IMG/VR virus record: IMGVR_UViG_2706794685_000007
Origin: an uncultured virus (IMG/VR IMGVR_UViG_2706794685_000007)
Lineage: Duplodnaviria; Heunggongvirae; Uroviricota; Caudoviricetes
DNA: 64,000 nt
Direction: 5' to 3' (one strand)
Each line of letters starts with the position of its first letter. The stretch's first letter is position 1. Below are positions 28,037-37,907 of the stretch, piece after piece. The translations under genes and the position numbers were made by a program. The notes below the pieces were generated by a model. That model saw only the letters and a program-made list of their open reading frames with translations, ran no database searches and had not been told where the DNA came from.

Positions 28037-29293
28037 CTATCGAGAACCACCAAGAATAACACGGTTTTTGACTGGATACCTACGATGTACTGGATAGCCC
28101 AATGCGTCTGCACTATGCTCAATGCCACCTGTCTTATCCATATCTCGTGTTCCAGGCTTGTAGATGACTTTTTCCAGTGAATCAATCAAATGCTTGCACT
28201 TCGGATCGATATACAGCCGGATATCTCCAGATGCGGACATCAGCATTCGGTTAACAGCATTAACACGATCCGCAATTGGCGGGTGCTTTTTCGAATAATC
28301 GACACGTAAGAATCCCTTCTCTTTGAATATGTCTACGTCAGACTCCCCACGAGCATGTTGGCGATAAGCACCTGCCGGATCTGGAAATACCGTTACCTGT
28401 GATTTCCAGCGCCAGAAGCGTCTCTCAAGCTCATCACAAACTTCTGCCGTGTTAGAGGAAAAGAGCACCAATTCATCAATTGCCCATAGCTCACCATTTG
28501 GCTGAGGTTGCAAAATTACTGAAGACATCGGGTCAATGTTGAAGTCCTGCCCTACCCATATAGGCAACCGAGGGTTGAACTGAAGCGGTTTTACATGCAC
28601 GTTACGATCGAACGGGTAGTAAACGCGCCCGGACATGTTCTCAAAGCTGGCCAGGTACTCCTGAGCGAACGATTTGGGGTCCATATCGTTCTTAGCAGCT
28701 TCAATTTCCGCCGTAGGTACAAACGGAGAATCGGCAGTTACAAACTGCCAGCTCTTCCACTGTCCCTTTCTTTGCAGCTCTACGTTCTGGCCTATAGTCC
28801 ACAGTTTGTGAAATTCCGAGAAGCCTTTTGGCGTACCAATGATCAGTGCACCGCCGCGTGTCGATGAAAGAGTAGGTCGTAACACCTTGTACCAGGTGTC
28901 AGCCTTCATATCCTGAAATTCATCAAGCACTACAAAATGCAACGCTACGCCGCGCAGAGTGTCAGGCTTATCAGCACCTTTGAGGGCGATCTCCGAACCG
29001 TTCTTCAACACGATTGTCATCGTGGTGTCGTTCTTTTTCCTAACCCACTTACGAGGCAGAACTTCCTGTAGATCGTCCCACAAAATCTGGCGAGCCATCT
29101 GGTAAGTAGGAGCGACATACCAGACCCTTTGCTTTTTTTCCTTTGCCGCCGCACGAATAATAGTGGAGATCGACAACCGGGATTTTCCCCAGCGTCGACC
29201 AGCACAAACAACTTTAAATCGATGCGGAGACTGGAAGACTTTCATCTGTCCAGAATGCAGTTGCACAAGACTGAGCGAGGACGGGATTGCCAT
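28037..29293 (-). CDS. Terminase large subunit
   Basis: AGRRWGKS Walker A, VVLDE Walker B, IGTP, GQDFN and HSADALGY nuclease motifs. Confidence 0.95.
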   Translation of the reverse strand: MAIPSSLSLVQLHSGQMKVFQSPHRFKVVCAGRRWGKSRLSISTIIRAAAKEKKQRVWYVAPTYQMARQILWDDLQEVLPRKWVRKKNDTTMTIVLKNGSEIALKGADKPDTLRGVALHFVVLDEFQDMKADTWYKVLRPTLSSTRGGALIIGTPKGFSEFHKLWTIGQNVELQRKGQWKSWQFVTADSPFVPTAEIEAAKNDMDPKSFAQEYLASFENMSGRVYYPFDRNVHVKPLQFNPRLPIWVGQDFNIDPMSSVILQPQPNGELWAIDELVLFSSNTAEVCDELERRFWRWKSQVTVFPDPAGAYRQHARGESDVDIFKEKGFLRVDYSKKHPPIADRVNAVNRMLMSASGDIRLYIDPKCKHLIDSLEKVIYKPGTRDMDKTGGIEHSADALGYPVHRRYPVKNRVILGGSR

Positions 29294-29925
29294 TATTTGT
29301 CCTCCCCTTCACTTCCATCATCTGTCGCATCAAATTCGCTTAGAGCTTCTTCTTCCAACGTCTCAAGCAATTCGTCATCGATGATTTCAGGCTCGTCGTC
29401 TTCCTGACGTAATTTCGCCACCTGGGAAGGCGTAAGCTCACCAAATACCAGGTTCGGAATTTCTTCCTCGTCATTTTCCGCATGATCCATGCCCAATGCT
29501 TTGGACGAAACTTCAAAGCATTTTGCAAGGGTATTACTGGCTCTCTGTAAGCTCTTGAGAGAATCCTCAATCGCCCCTAAAGGCTTACCCTCACGTTTGG
29601 CCGTAGTGACTTCGACCATCACCATCTGCCCCAACGCATACGCCCAGCCGTCATAACGTGTACGACGTTCTTCTATCTTTTCCGCACGGGCTTTAGCGCG
29701 AAGCTCTGCGTCAGATTTAAGAGACTCACGAACCATCTTCCCAACAGAGTCCGCGCCTTTCTCTAATCCTCGCTTTTTGAAATGTCTGGAGAGTGTTTCA
29801 CGACGAATGCCGTACTCTTCCTCCAGCTTTGAGAGTGTATATTCGCCTGACGTCCATTTGGCTTCAGCTTCGGCCCACTCCGCTGGTGTCAGGCGAGTTT
29901 TTACCTCGTCTTTTTCGACCGTCAT
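29293..29925 (-). CDS. Terminase small subunit
   Basis: N-terminal HTH (LSKLEEEYGIRRETLSRHF), coupled to TerL, acidic tail. Confidence 0.75.
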   Translation of the reverse strand: MTVEKDEVKTRLTPAEWAEAEAKWTSGEYTLSKLEEEYGIRRETLSRHFKKRGLEKGADSVGKMVRESLKSDAELRAKARAEKIEERRTRYDGWAYALGQMVMVEVTTAKREGKPLGAIEDSLKSLQRASNTLAKCFEVSSKALGMDHAENDEEEIPNLVFGELTPSQVAKLRQEDDEPEIIDDELLETLEEEALSEFDATDDGSEGEDK

Positions 29926-30120
29926 AGATCCCTCTAAAACACACAGAGCGCGTCCATGCGCTCTAAAACAACTTGTTTACTGCATCTGCTAACCAACTTG
30001 TTTTCTGGGGTGTTTAATTAGGTCTGGCATGTCTTACGAAGCCTGCTTCCGTATATATTTAATAAGTTACTTATTATTTATATATACAGATGCAGGTCTT
30101 TAAATAAGCTCCCAGACCGA

Positions 30121-30387
30121 TTACATCACCAGTAACTTCGCTTTGGCTCGACCTAAAGTGGTTAACCCAAGAGTTCGGCGGTGATAGCGATTGTCACTGC
30201 GTTGGCGCGTATGCCCTTTCTCCACCAGCCCCTTTTTTATCAGAGCGCGAATTGAGAACTGGATACTTTGCTTGGTTGTCTTGTACGGCAAAACTTCAAG
30301 CAATTCGTCCAGGTCAAGTAGATGACCTCGCTCATAACCGAGATTGAGCGTTTTGATGATGTCCTTTTGTTTATCGGTTAACGTCAT
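30121..30387 (-). CDS. Winged-HTH DNA-binding protein
   Basis: LTDKQKDII...SIRALIKKGLVEK...LTTLGR pattern. Confidence 0.65.
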   Translation of the reverse strand: MTLTDKQKDIIKTLNLGYERGHLLDLDELLEVLPYKTTKQSIQFSIRALIKKGLVEKGHTRQRSDNRYHRRTLGLTTLGRAKAKLLVM

Positions 30388-30396
30388 GGCAAATCC

Positions 30397-31287
30397 TTAT
30401 GCCGGTAAAGCAATTTCTAACGGTTTATCCAAAGGTTGTTTGTCGAATGCCAGCAATGGCAGCGTGTCAGGCAGTCGACGACCAAAGTCAGGGTTTCGAT
30501 ACACACCATACAACGGAGACGTAAAGCTCAGGTTGTGAATGTCCTTGAGCAGCTTCACAATGCTGGCCTCGTCCACCAGACTGTCGGCAATGTCCTGAAT
30601 CGTCGTGCCACGATTCCGCCCAGCTTTTGCCAGGGAACTGTTCTTGTGGTAGTCCGCCACCAGATCACGCAGTGCACGGCGACGACGAGACTCGCTCATT
30701 GCGAACAACTCTTTGACGATCGCCTCGTTATCACCCGTGTCGGAACGGAAATGGCGCTGGAATACACGCAGTGCACTTTCATAGCTCTTCGGTCGCTCAG
30801 GGCGGATGAACTTAAACCCTGCTTTCATGGCGAAGGGATTGTATTTGCTCATCGAGGACTGGATCTCAATGATTGGCCGGTCATGCATCCTGCTAACCAG
30901 GTTAATCATTCGATAAGAGACGCCTACGCCACGATACTGAGTATCCACAACTGAGCGACTGATCACCGCAAAGTTGTTATTCACGTACCGACCCCAGTAC
31001 TGGTTAGCCACGGTGGTATTAGTGGTTGGTTTCAACTTAGGAAACATGCGGTGGCGAGGTGCCAACAGTAGTTTCGGGTAAGCCATAACCACGACGCCCA
31101 CCAGACGATCATCAAGTTCGCAGCGATAGTAAGTTGGCGCGAAAGGTTTGCCGTCTGTTTTGTAGTGAAGCGACTTAAGAGCGTGCCAGTCCTCTACAGT
31201 TCCCTTTGTAACAGTCATTCGCTCCAGAAAGTCCAGATGACGCGGAAACTCTTCAGGGCGGTAGCGTTTAATGATGATGTCCGTCAT
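30397..31287 (-). CDS. GNAT-fold (Mom-like) acetyltransferase
   Basis: SLHY, LVGVVVMAYP, ISRSVVDTQYRGVGVS (GNAT motif A). Confidence 0.7.
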   Translation of the reverse strand: MTDIIIKRYRPEEFPRHLDFLERMTVTKGTVEDWHALKSLHYKTDGKPFAPTYYRCELDDRLVGVVVMAYPKLLLAPRHRMFPKLKPTTNTTVANQYWGRYVNNNFAVISRSVVDTQYRGVGVSYRMINLVSRMHDRPIIEIQSSMSKYNPFAMKAGFKFIRPERPKSYESALRVFQRHFRSDTGDNEAIVKELFAMSESRRRRALRDLVADYHKNSSLAKAGRNRGTTIQDIADSLVDEASIVKLLKDIHNLSFTSPLYGVYRNPDFGRRLPDTLPLLAFDKQPLDKPLEIALPA

Positions 31288-31949
31288 AAATGGACCTCAT
31301 CATGACTACCATTGTGATATTCCACCTTCACGCGTTCTTTGTAGTGCTTGGTGATCTGCATATCCGGGCGCAGCGCGTTCTTCAGGTCTTCGTGAGTCGT
31401 CGCCACCATTACCGTCGCACCAACCTTTCGAGCGGCACGCTGGAGGTTAGATGCCACAACCTGAGCGGTTACACGGTCTAGAACAGCACCGAACTCGTCA
31501 GCAGCCCACACTTTAGCGCCTGACTCAATCAGTTTGGCAATCTTGAGACGATATTTCTGGCCGTCTGACATTTCAGAAGGCTTGCGAACAAACAGATATG
31601 CATCGTTCAGACCAGCCATAGATAACAACCCAAGCGCATCGCTGGTCGTTTTGCCCAACTGATCGATGACGTTAACCTCATTATCGAAGGTAAAATCATC
31701 GATGGAGGCTACAGACAGCCCTTCATCCTTCATCTGTCGTTGCAACTCGCGCAGCACAACGGATTTGCCGGAACCGGATTGGCCGGTGATGTACACCACA
31801 TCGCCCTGCTTCACTTCCAGCTCCAGATTGTCGTAAAGCGTCCACTCTTTTTCGTCCAGGCCAAGCCCGAACGACTCAGCGATTTCCAACGTGCGCGTGG
31901 TTTTATTTACGCGTGTCTGAAACGATACGTTGATGTTGTATTTGCTCAT
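31284..31949 (-). CDS. Soluble ABC-type ATPase
   Basis: GQSGSGKS, MSDGQKYR signature, WAADE, VATTH; no permease gene nearby. Confidence 0.88.
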   Translation of the reverse strand: MSKYNINVSFQTRVNKTTRTLEIAESFGLGLDEKEWTLYDNLELEVKQGDVVYITGQSGSGKSVVLRELQRQMKDEGLSVASIDDFTFDNEVNVIDQLGKTTSDALGLLSMAGLNDAYLFVRKPSEMSDGQKYRLKIAKLIESGAKVWAADEFGAVLDRVTAQVVASNLQRAARKVGATVMVATTHEDLKNALRPDMQITKHYKERVKVEYHNGSHDEVHL

Positions 31950-32614
31950 GCAGCCATCTCCCCGGAAGAGATCTTCTCCGCATATGCCACAAATGCGTCT
32001 ACCCCGCTTTCTCCCGTCATTTCTTCCATATGGGCAAGCAAATCACCAACAACAATGGCAGAGCCAGCAGGGAGAGTTTTAAAGCCCAATACGTCGACAA
32101 CACGTACTTCTTCCGCTGCAACTTCACGACTGATCTCGGTGTGTTCATCCTTCTGTCGTTTAGTTTCTTCGCTAAGATCGATAACTAGCGAGTCGGTGTC
32201 CATTTCTTCTGTCATACTGCCAACGAGAACATTCAACTCACGCTCTTCAAAGCCGAAAACCTCGATATCGTCCAGAACAAGCGACTCAAGCTCTTTCTGT
32301 AGCTTAATTGCATCGTAATCAATGCTGGCAAGTCGGTTATCTTCAAGGCGCTTCGCACGAACCTCGTCATCACTGAGATCATCGCGAACAATAACCGGTA
32401 CACGCTCAAGTCCAGCAAAAATTGCAGCCTCACGGCGGCCGTGGCCAGTAATAATTACGTCGTTCTTATCGACCGTAATTGGCTGGTCAAATCCGCGCTT
32501 TTTAATGGCTGCGGCCAGATCTCTGATCTGCTGTTCATCATGCTTTTTGGCATTCATCTCATAGGGAATAAGATCTGCCGGGTCGCGATATACGATTTCA
32601 AACTTTTTGGTCAT
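31946..32614 (-). CDS. ParB/Srx-domain protein
   Basis: LIPYEMNAKKH, GFDQPI, IITGHGRREAA, RLEDNRL. Confidence 0.88.
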   Translation of the reverse strand: MTKKFEIVYRDPADLIPYEMNAKKHDEQQIRDLAAAIKKRGFDQPITVDKNDVIITGHGRREAAIFAGLERVPVIVRDDLSDDEVRAKRLEDNRLASIDYDAIKLQKELESLVLDDIEVFGFEERELNVLVGSMTEEMDTDSLVIDLSEETKRQKDEHTEISREVAAEEVRVVDVLGFKTLPAGSAIVVGDLLAHMEEMTGESGVDAFVAYAEKISSGEMAA

Positions 32615-33294
32615 TACATACGCTCCTTGTAGTAGTCGACCAGCCACACTAGAGCCTCACCAGCGTTTTCCATTTCATTGCCAGTATTAATTGCCTGGTC
32701 TTTGATGATGTTTTTTATGGTTTCTGCAACGCGATCTGACGCATCGAAGGTTACTTTGAAGCGCATGGTCTGATGTTCCGCACCGACACGTTCGGTTTTC
32801 TCTCGTTTGTCGGTATCGACAGGCTCATCACTACCACGAGACAACGCCTCCAGTGCTTCAAGGTCGATTGCCGCCTCTTTTGCTAAAACCATCGAGATTT
32901 CGTCGTCATACGGGGCGATTTCAGACAGTTGATAGTCAAGTTCTGACTGAATTTCTTCAATGAAGCGTTGCAATGCGATTTGGTCGTCTTCACCGTATCG
33001 CTCGTTGTCCACCAGTGACATCTGTTTTGCCACGACATCGCTAATTTTGCCCACAGAAAGCACAGGAACCGTTGAAATTCCTTGCTCAATAGCAGCACGC
33101 CAGCGATGTTCGCCGCCGAGGATTTCAAAAAATCCATCTTCAAGCTCACGAGCCAAAATTGGCTTAAAAAAGCCCAATTTTTCGATAGAACCTTTCAGTT
33201 TTTCGAAATTCTGCGCACCAACCGAATTGGTGTTCCAGGTATTCGGGCGAAGGTTGGCAACATCAACCTGCAAAATCGTGATTTTTACGTCCAT
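32614..33294 (-). CDS. ParB/Srx-domain protein
   Basis: LRPNTWNTN, GFFKPIL, EILGGEHRWRAA. Confidence 0.88.
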   Translation of the reverse strand: MDVKITILQVDVANLRPNTWNTNSVGAQNFEKLKGSIEKLGFFKPILARELEDGFFEILGGEHRWRAAIEQGISTVPVLSVGKISDVVAKQMSLVDNERYGEDDQIALQRFIEEIQSELDYQLSEIAPYDDEISMVLAKEAAIDLEALEALSRGSDEPVDTDKREKTERVGAEHQTMRFKVTFDASDRVAETIKNIIKDQAINTGNEMENAGEALVWLVDYYKERM

Positions 33295-33376
33295 TTTATT
33301 GCTACAATCCACTAAGTAATCACTTACTTATTATAATAGCCAAATAACATACAAAAGGCACTAAGGAAAGAGGTTT

Positions 33377-34936
33377 ATGACTGTTCGGATTGTATCTAAC
33401 GCAGTAAATGCGCTTATTTCTGGCGCAGATGACAAGGTAAAGCAACTGGTGCAGCAAATGTTGAGCTACGAAGTCGAGGCTGGCGACTGGAAGGGCACAA
33501 GCACAATGTTCAACTGGAGCAAAAACTCGTTCCCTGCTGGCTTTGCCAAGCCCGTGGCGGCTAATTTGAACAAGGCGGGCATCAAATGTGTTCATATCCG
33601 CAAAGACAAAGCCCCGGCGCTTGGTAAACCAAATCCGGCGGTTAACCCATTCCCATACAATCCTGATTATGCGTATCAGGATCAGACTGTGGAAACACTG
33701 GTTCGAGAGGGAATGATGATTGCGCAGATCGCTACTGGTGGCGGGAAATCTAACGTTGCCTGCAAAGCAGCTGCACGTATCGGTCGAATGACATTATTTT
33801 TAACAACCCGCTCTGTTCTGATGTTTCAAATGGCCGAAAACTTCCAGAGATCCATCGACTACCGCGCCGAAAATGGCGAACCGTGGTTAAAGGGCCAAAA
33901 GGTTGGAGTCATTGGCTCGGGTGAGTTCCAGGTATCACGACATATCAACGTCGCTACAGTTCAAACTCTGGCAAGTTTCCTTGAAGAACCACCACGCGAT
34001 GCAACACCAGATAAAAAGAGCTACCACCTCAAACGTCGGGAGTTGGTGAAACGCTTCCTTTCAAGTGTGTCTCTGCTTATTCTGGAAGAAGCGCATGAGT
34101 CTTCAGGCTCTAATTTCTATGACATTGCTAGATTATGTGTGAACGCAGACTATCGTCTGGCGCTTACAGCCACGCCGTTCATGAAGGATTCGACGGAAGC
34201 CAACATGCGCCTGATGGCGATGGCCGGGCGAATTGAAATTAAAGTCACAGAAAAGTATCTGATTGATCGAGGCATTCTGGCAAAGCCGTACTTCCTTTAT
34301 CATAAAGTTGCCTACAAGCCAGACGAGGCCAGAATCAAGGCCGAACTTGCCAACAAACACCTCAATTTTAGAGTTGGTATGAGCACCGCCTACCAAAAGG
34401 CTTATCAGTTGGGGATCGTGTATAATTTGGGACGTAACGAGGCCATTGTGCGCGAAGCATTGCTCTATAAGCAACATTCTCTCAATTGCATGACTCTGGT
34501 TCGTCTTAAACGCCACGGGCAAATCCTGATGGAGATGATGAAGGAGTCCGGCCTTATAGTTGACTTCATCTATGGGGAATCGAACCAGGCGACAAGGCAA
34601 GCAAAGCTGAACAGTTTAGCGTCTGGCGAAATAGATGTTTTAATAGGCTCGACTATTCTGGATGTCGGTGTTGATGTGCCAAGCGTTGGTGCGGTCATTC
34701 TGGCTGGTGGTGGGAAAGCAGAAGTTGAAATGAGACAGCGTGTCGGTCGTGGCTTACGAGCCAAGAAGAATCAGGCAAACGTGTGTTTTATCACTGATTT
34801 CATTGACATTAGCAACAAATACCTGTTGTCTCACTCTTATGAGCGAAAACACATCATCGACACCACACCTGGCTTTGCAGAAGGTGTATTGCCTGTTGAT
34901 GGCGCATTCGATTTTGGAGTTCTGAAACGAGATTAG
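33377..34936 (+). CDS. SF2 (DEAH-type) helicase
   Basis: ATGGGKS, LEEAH, LTATP, DVGVDVP, QRVGRGLR. Confidence 0.92.
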   Translation: MTVRIVSNAVNALISGADDKVKQLVQQMLSYEVEAGDWKGTSTMFNWSKNSFPAGFAKPVAANLNKAGIKCVHIRKDKAPALGKPNPAVNPFPYNPDYAYQDQTVETLVREGMMIAQIATGGGKSNVACKAAARIGRMTLFLTTRSVLMFQMAENFQRSIDYRAENGEPWLKGQKVGVIGSGEFQVSRHINVATVQTLASFLEEPPRDATPDKKSYHLKRRELVKRFLSSVSLLILEEAHESSGSNFYDIARLCVNADYRLALTATPFMKDSTEANMRLMAMAGRIEIKVTEKYLIDRGILAKPYFLYHKVAYKPDEARIKAELANKHLNFRVGMSTAYQKAYQLGIVYNLGRNEAIVREALLYKQHSLNCMTLVRLKRHGQILMEMMKESGLIVDFIYGESNQATRQAKLNSLASGEIDVLIGSTILDVGVDVPSVGAVILAGGGKAEVEMRQRVGRGLRAKKNQANVCFITDFIDISNKYLLSHSYERKHIIDTTPGFAEGVLPVDGAFDFGVLKRD

Positions 34937-34938
34937 TT

Positions 34939-35217
34939 ATGAGTGAAAAGAAAACAACTTATTGCCAAGTGGCATTGTCTGATAAGGCCAATGAAAAACT
35001 TGGAAAATTTCAAATAAAACTCAAAGAGAAAAAAATCAAGATGTCTAAGGCTGAAGTTATCAATGCCATTCTGGAGACGATGACTATGGCTGAATTTGAC
35101 AAAGTCACATCTGCCGTTGGGGTTTCCGCTAAGACGCGTGAGAAAATCATGCGCATCTATGAAAACTCCAATATGACAAAAAAAGATTTAGAGGAAATAC
35201 TGAGCAGGTTGCCGTAA
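34939..35217 (+). CDS. Small basic protein, possibly RHH DNA-binding
   Basis: CQVALS...MSKAEVINAIL pattern; follows helicase. Confidence 0.5.
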   Translation: MSEKKTTYCQVALSDKANEKLGKFQIKLKEKKIKMSKAEVINAILETMTMAEFDKVTSAVGVSAKTREKIMRIYENSNMTKKDLEEILSRLP

Positions 35218-35249
35218 CATTTCATATTTACCCCCTATCTACTAATTCT

Positions 35250-35849
35250 ATGATGTGCTCACTTGTTAGAAAGAAGCACATCATGAGTTGGTTAAAAGAA
35301 TTATCATTTGTTGACACCACTGGCGCTAAGAAAAATCATTCTTTCTGGAAAGTCAGCGATCCTTCTGATTTTCTTGTTGGTGCTAATGCTGCTTTTGAAT
35401 TGCTTAACTTTTATCAACGTTATCCTGAAATGAAACACAGTCCACTCCTGTACAGAATAACAAACGATATGAATAGGTCTGGTTTATTATCAAGTGAGTC
35501 AGCGAAAGGCTTTTTTAGCAAAATAACGCCACACATATCATTCGATGCTGCAAACGAAATTGATTATCTATCCACGAAACCTCAAGAACAATTATCTGTA
35601 CCACCTGAGAAAAAAGAAAGACGAATTGCCAGCATTGAAAATATATCGAAAGAGCTTCGCACAACAACGTTGAGGCTGCTGAACTTTCTTACGCTACTGA
35701 ATTGGATAGATGATCAAACATTGATTCCATCAACCGAAGCGTTGGATAACAGAGTCCTTCGTCTAAACAAAAAATCGCAATTTGGTTTTGTGTTCACCAA
35801 AAAAGGTGAAGATTTAATCAAAAGAAAATATAGATTATTGAATAATTAA
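35250..35849 (+). CDS. Hypothetical protein
   Basis: 199-aa ORF followed by a hairpin near 35857-35885. Confidence 0.55.
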   Translation: MMCSLVRKKHIMSWLKELSFVDTTGAKKNHSFWKVSDPSDFLVGANAAFELLNFYQRYPEMKHSPLLYRITNDMNRSGLLSSESAKGFFSKITPHISFDAANEIDYLSTKPQEQLSVPPEKKERRIASIENISKELRTTTLRLLNFLTLLNWIDDQTLIPSTEALDNRVLRLNKKSQFGFVFTKKGEDLIKRKYRLLNN

Positions 35850-35994
35850 TAGTCTACATGCAGGTGTATGAGAGCACCTGTATGTGACATTCATCACATT
35901 TTTTGAAGTACACACCTCCGGCTGAAAAAATTTCTTGATTGGCTGAACGATATTTGTAGGCTTTTCAATTGATAACTAAGGTCGGATACTGTAG

Positions 35995-36483
35995 ATGAGT
36001 ATTTCTATAAACAAAATAATTAACTCTTTACGACATAAAATATCACATGGAAAAGATGTTCTTTTTAAAGACAAATATTATCTATTCAACTTAGAGCCGT
36101 ACAAATGTACAAAATTTTATATCACTCGCAACCGTAAATATTCAGTTTCAATCACAAAAGACATGAAGAAAATCTCTTCAGAAGAGTACTTCATATCACA
36201 TATTTATATCTACCCATTTAAATTAGAACCATTAAATATAATTCTTCCAACAATAAAAGGGGTTGAACTTGAAGGTTATACTTTAAGCTCTAACTTTAAT
36301 GATATGGGTGTACAAAAACCAGGGACAAGGTCATACTACGCCTACAAAGTAAAATGCAATAACTACAACGCACTTAACATGCTAATCAGCAAACTTGAAA
36401 CGGAGATAGTCGAAGGAAATCTAAATGACGATCATGAAAAATTAGAACAAATAGAAAGACTTAGAAAGTGTGATGTTAAATAA
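35995..36483 (+). CDS. Hypothetical protein (low GC)
   Basis: 162-aa AT-rich ORF. Confidence 0.5.
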   Translation: MSISINKIINSLRHKISHGKDVLFKDKYYLFNLEPYKCTKFYITRNRKYSVSITKDMKKISSEEYFISHIYIYPFKLEPLNIILPTIKGVELEGYTLSSNFNDMGVQKPGTRSYYAYKVKCNNYNALNMLISKLETEIVEGNLNDDHEKLEQIERLRKCDVK

Positions 36484-37098
36484 TTGGATTATCATGATAT
36501 GAAAATGAAACTTTCGTTACTCCTTGCTTGCATATACCTCCCGGCGTTTTCCGCCAACGCATTATCAGATTTCGTCTCTGACATGCAAAAAACGTACAGC
36601 ATGTTTACCTCCGAAGACGTAGTAGAATACAAATCACGAGGTCTGAATCAGCCAGTTTGGTTCAGATTCTCAGACAACGCAGAAGAAACAATACTTAATG
36701 GAGGAAAAGAAAGATTACGGTTGCAAATTAACGGGACCGCTGTACCAGAAAACGTTAATGTAAGCTCTGACGAAGCCATGAAGCCATCTGGAATTGTTTT
36801 AGAAGTTCAAGACGGCACACTTTACTGTGATGAAATGGCTACAACAGGTTGCCAAGTAAACATTAGGGTTGGCAATGAAGACCCTATCGTTACTTACGCC
36901 AAGGCTGAAGGGAATACAAGTGGAAAGGTATTGTTTATCGATGAAAATACCTCAAAACGTATCGTTCGTGACATACAGAAAACAGCGAACTCTAAATCCG
37001 TCGATAAAAAAATCTATGTTGAGGTTCCCTTCTTTGTCGTTGGTAACAAAGAATTTAAATTTGGGTTGCTGAAAACACCTCTAAGAGTATCAGAATGA
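36484..37098 (+). CDS. Putative exported protein
   Basis: Signal-peptide-like MKMKLSLLLACIYLPAFSANA. Confidence 0.6.
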   Translation: MDYHDMKMKLSLLLACIYLPAFSANALSDFVSDMQKTYSMFTSEDVVEYKSRGLNQPVWFRFSDNAEETILNGGKERLRLQINGTAVPENVNVSSDEAMKPSGIVLEVQDGTLYCDEMATTGCQVNIRVGNEDPIVTYAKAEGNTSGKVLFIDENTSKRIVRDIQKTANSKSVDKKIYVEVPFFVVGNKEFKFGLLKTPLRVSE

Positions 37099-37619
37099 GA
37101 ACATTGGACATCACCTACGGCATACCGGCTGAAGTATGGCCGCGAGACTACGAACATGCTGAACGTACCTTGCTCTTCTGGCGGAAAGCTAAATTTCCTG
37201 TCAGAGTCACACTTGAAGATGGTCAGGTGTTTTGCATGTATGTGCAGGGAACAATGTCTTCCCGCAACAAGCTAGATTTATGTCCAGCACCGCTTGATAA
37301 TGACAATCGTATAAGACTCCCACTTGAGCGCATTAGTACAATTGAATCAGGTGTCATTGATGGCATTGCTTACGATTTCAAAGGGAGACTAACAATACAT
37401 CCTGACTATGTAGATAACCAGCCATCACGTCGTGACTTTTTTAAGATATGTCGTCAGGCTTACCAAAACGGCAAATCTATAAGGGTCTACATGGCAGACG
37501 GTCGCGAAATTGAGGGAACGTCAGATGGTGTTGACGCCTGTCTAGTCACACTTAAGTTGGAGGACGGTAGAAAAATACTTATTTTCTTCGATTGGGTTGA
37601 ACGAATCCTTCCGTTCTAA
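37095..37619 (+). CDS. Protein with two Sm/Hfq-like repeats (inferred)
   Basis: PVRVTLEDGQVF...LPLERISTI and SIRVYMADGREIEG...IFFDWVERI. Confidence 0.5.
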   Translation: MRTLDITYGIPAEVWPRDYEHAERTLLFWRKAKFPVRVTLEDGQVFCMYVQGTMSSRNKLDLCPAPLDNDNRIRLPLERISTIESGVIDGIAYDFKGRLTIHPDYVDNQPSRRDFFKICRQAYQNGKSIRVYMADGREIEGTSDGVDACLVTLKLEDGRKILIFFDWVERILPF

Positions 37620-37792
37620 TTTCTATAAGGGCAATAACCGGCTAAGTCCGGTTATTATTTTACATGTCATTCATTTAATACCTTTTCAATTCTACCCCGT
37701 ATAAATATATAAGGTCGAAAGCCGGAATCAATTATTTATTTAGGGAACACCTTCGACGATCTCGCTTTTATTTCTAGGACTTTCATCCCTGC

Positions 37793-37840
37793 AAAAATTT
37801 TAAAAAAATCGCTTGCAATCTTTTTTCGCATATCGATAAT
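37793..37840 (+). promoter_or_regulatory. Probable strong sigma70 promoter with UP element
   Basis: A/T tract, then TTGCAA (37813) and GATAAT (37835) with 16-bp spacing. Confidence 0.55.
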
Positions 37841-37907
37841 TGAACTCGTCGAAAGCAAACAAGCTAACGACAAATAAATTTAAATATTTACATTAAGGAA
37901 TAAAATC

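Noticed and set aside
31284..31949. ABC transporter system
   Set aside because: No transmembrane or substrate-binding partner; the context is ParB/GNAT/terminase
31946..33294. ParB genes as the partner of parA
   Set aside because: parA already has a coupled small partner 30 kb away; these ParB-domain genes lie in the terminase-adjacent operon
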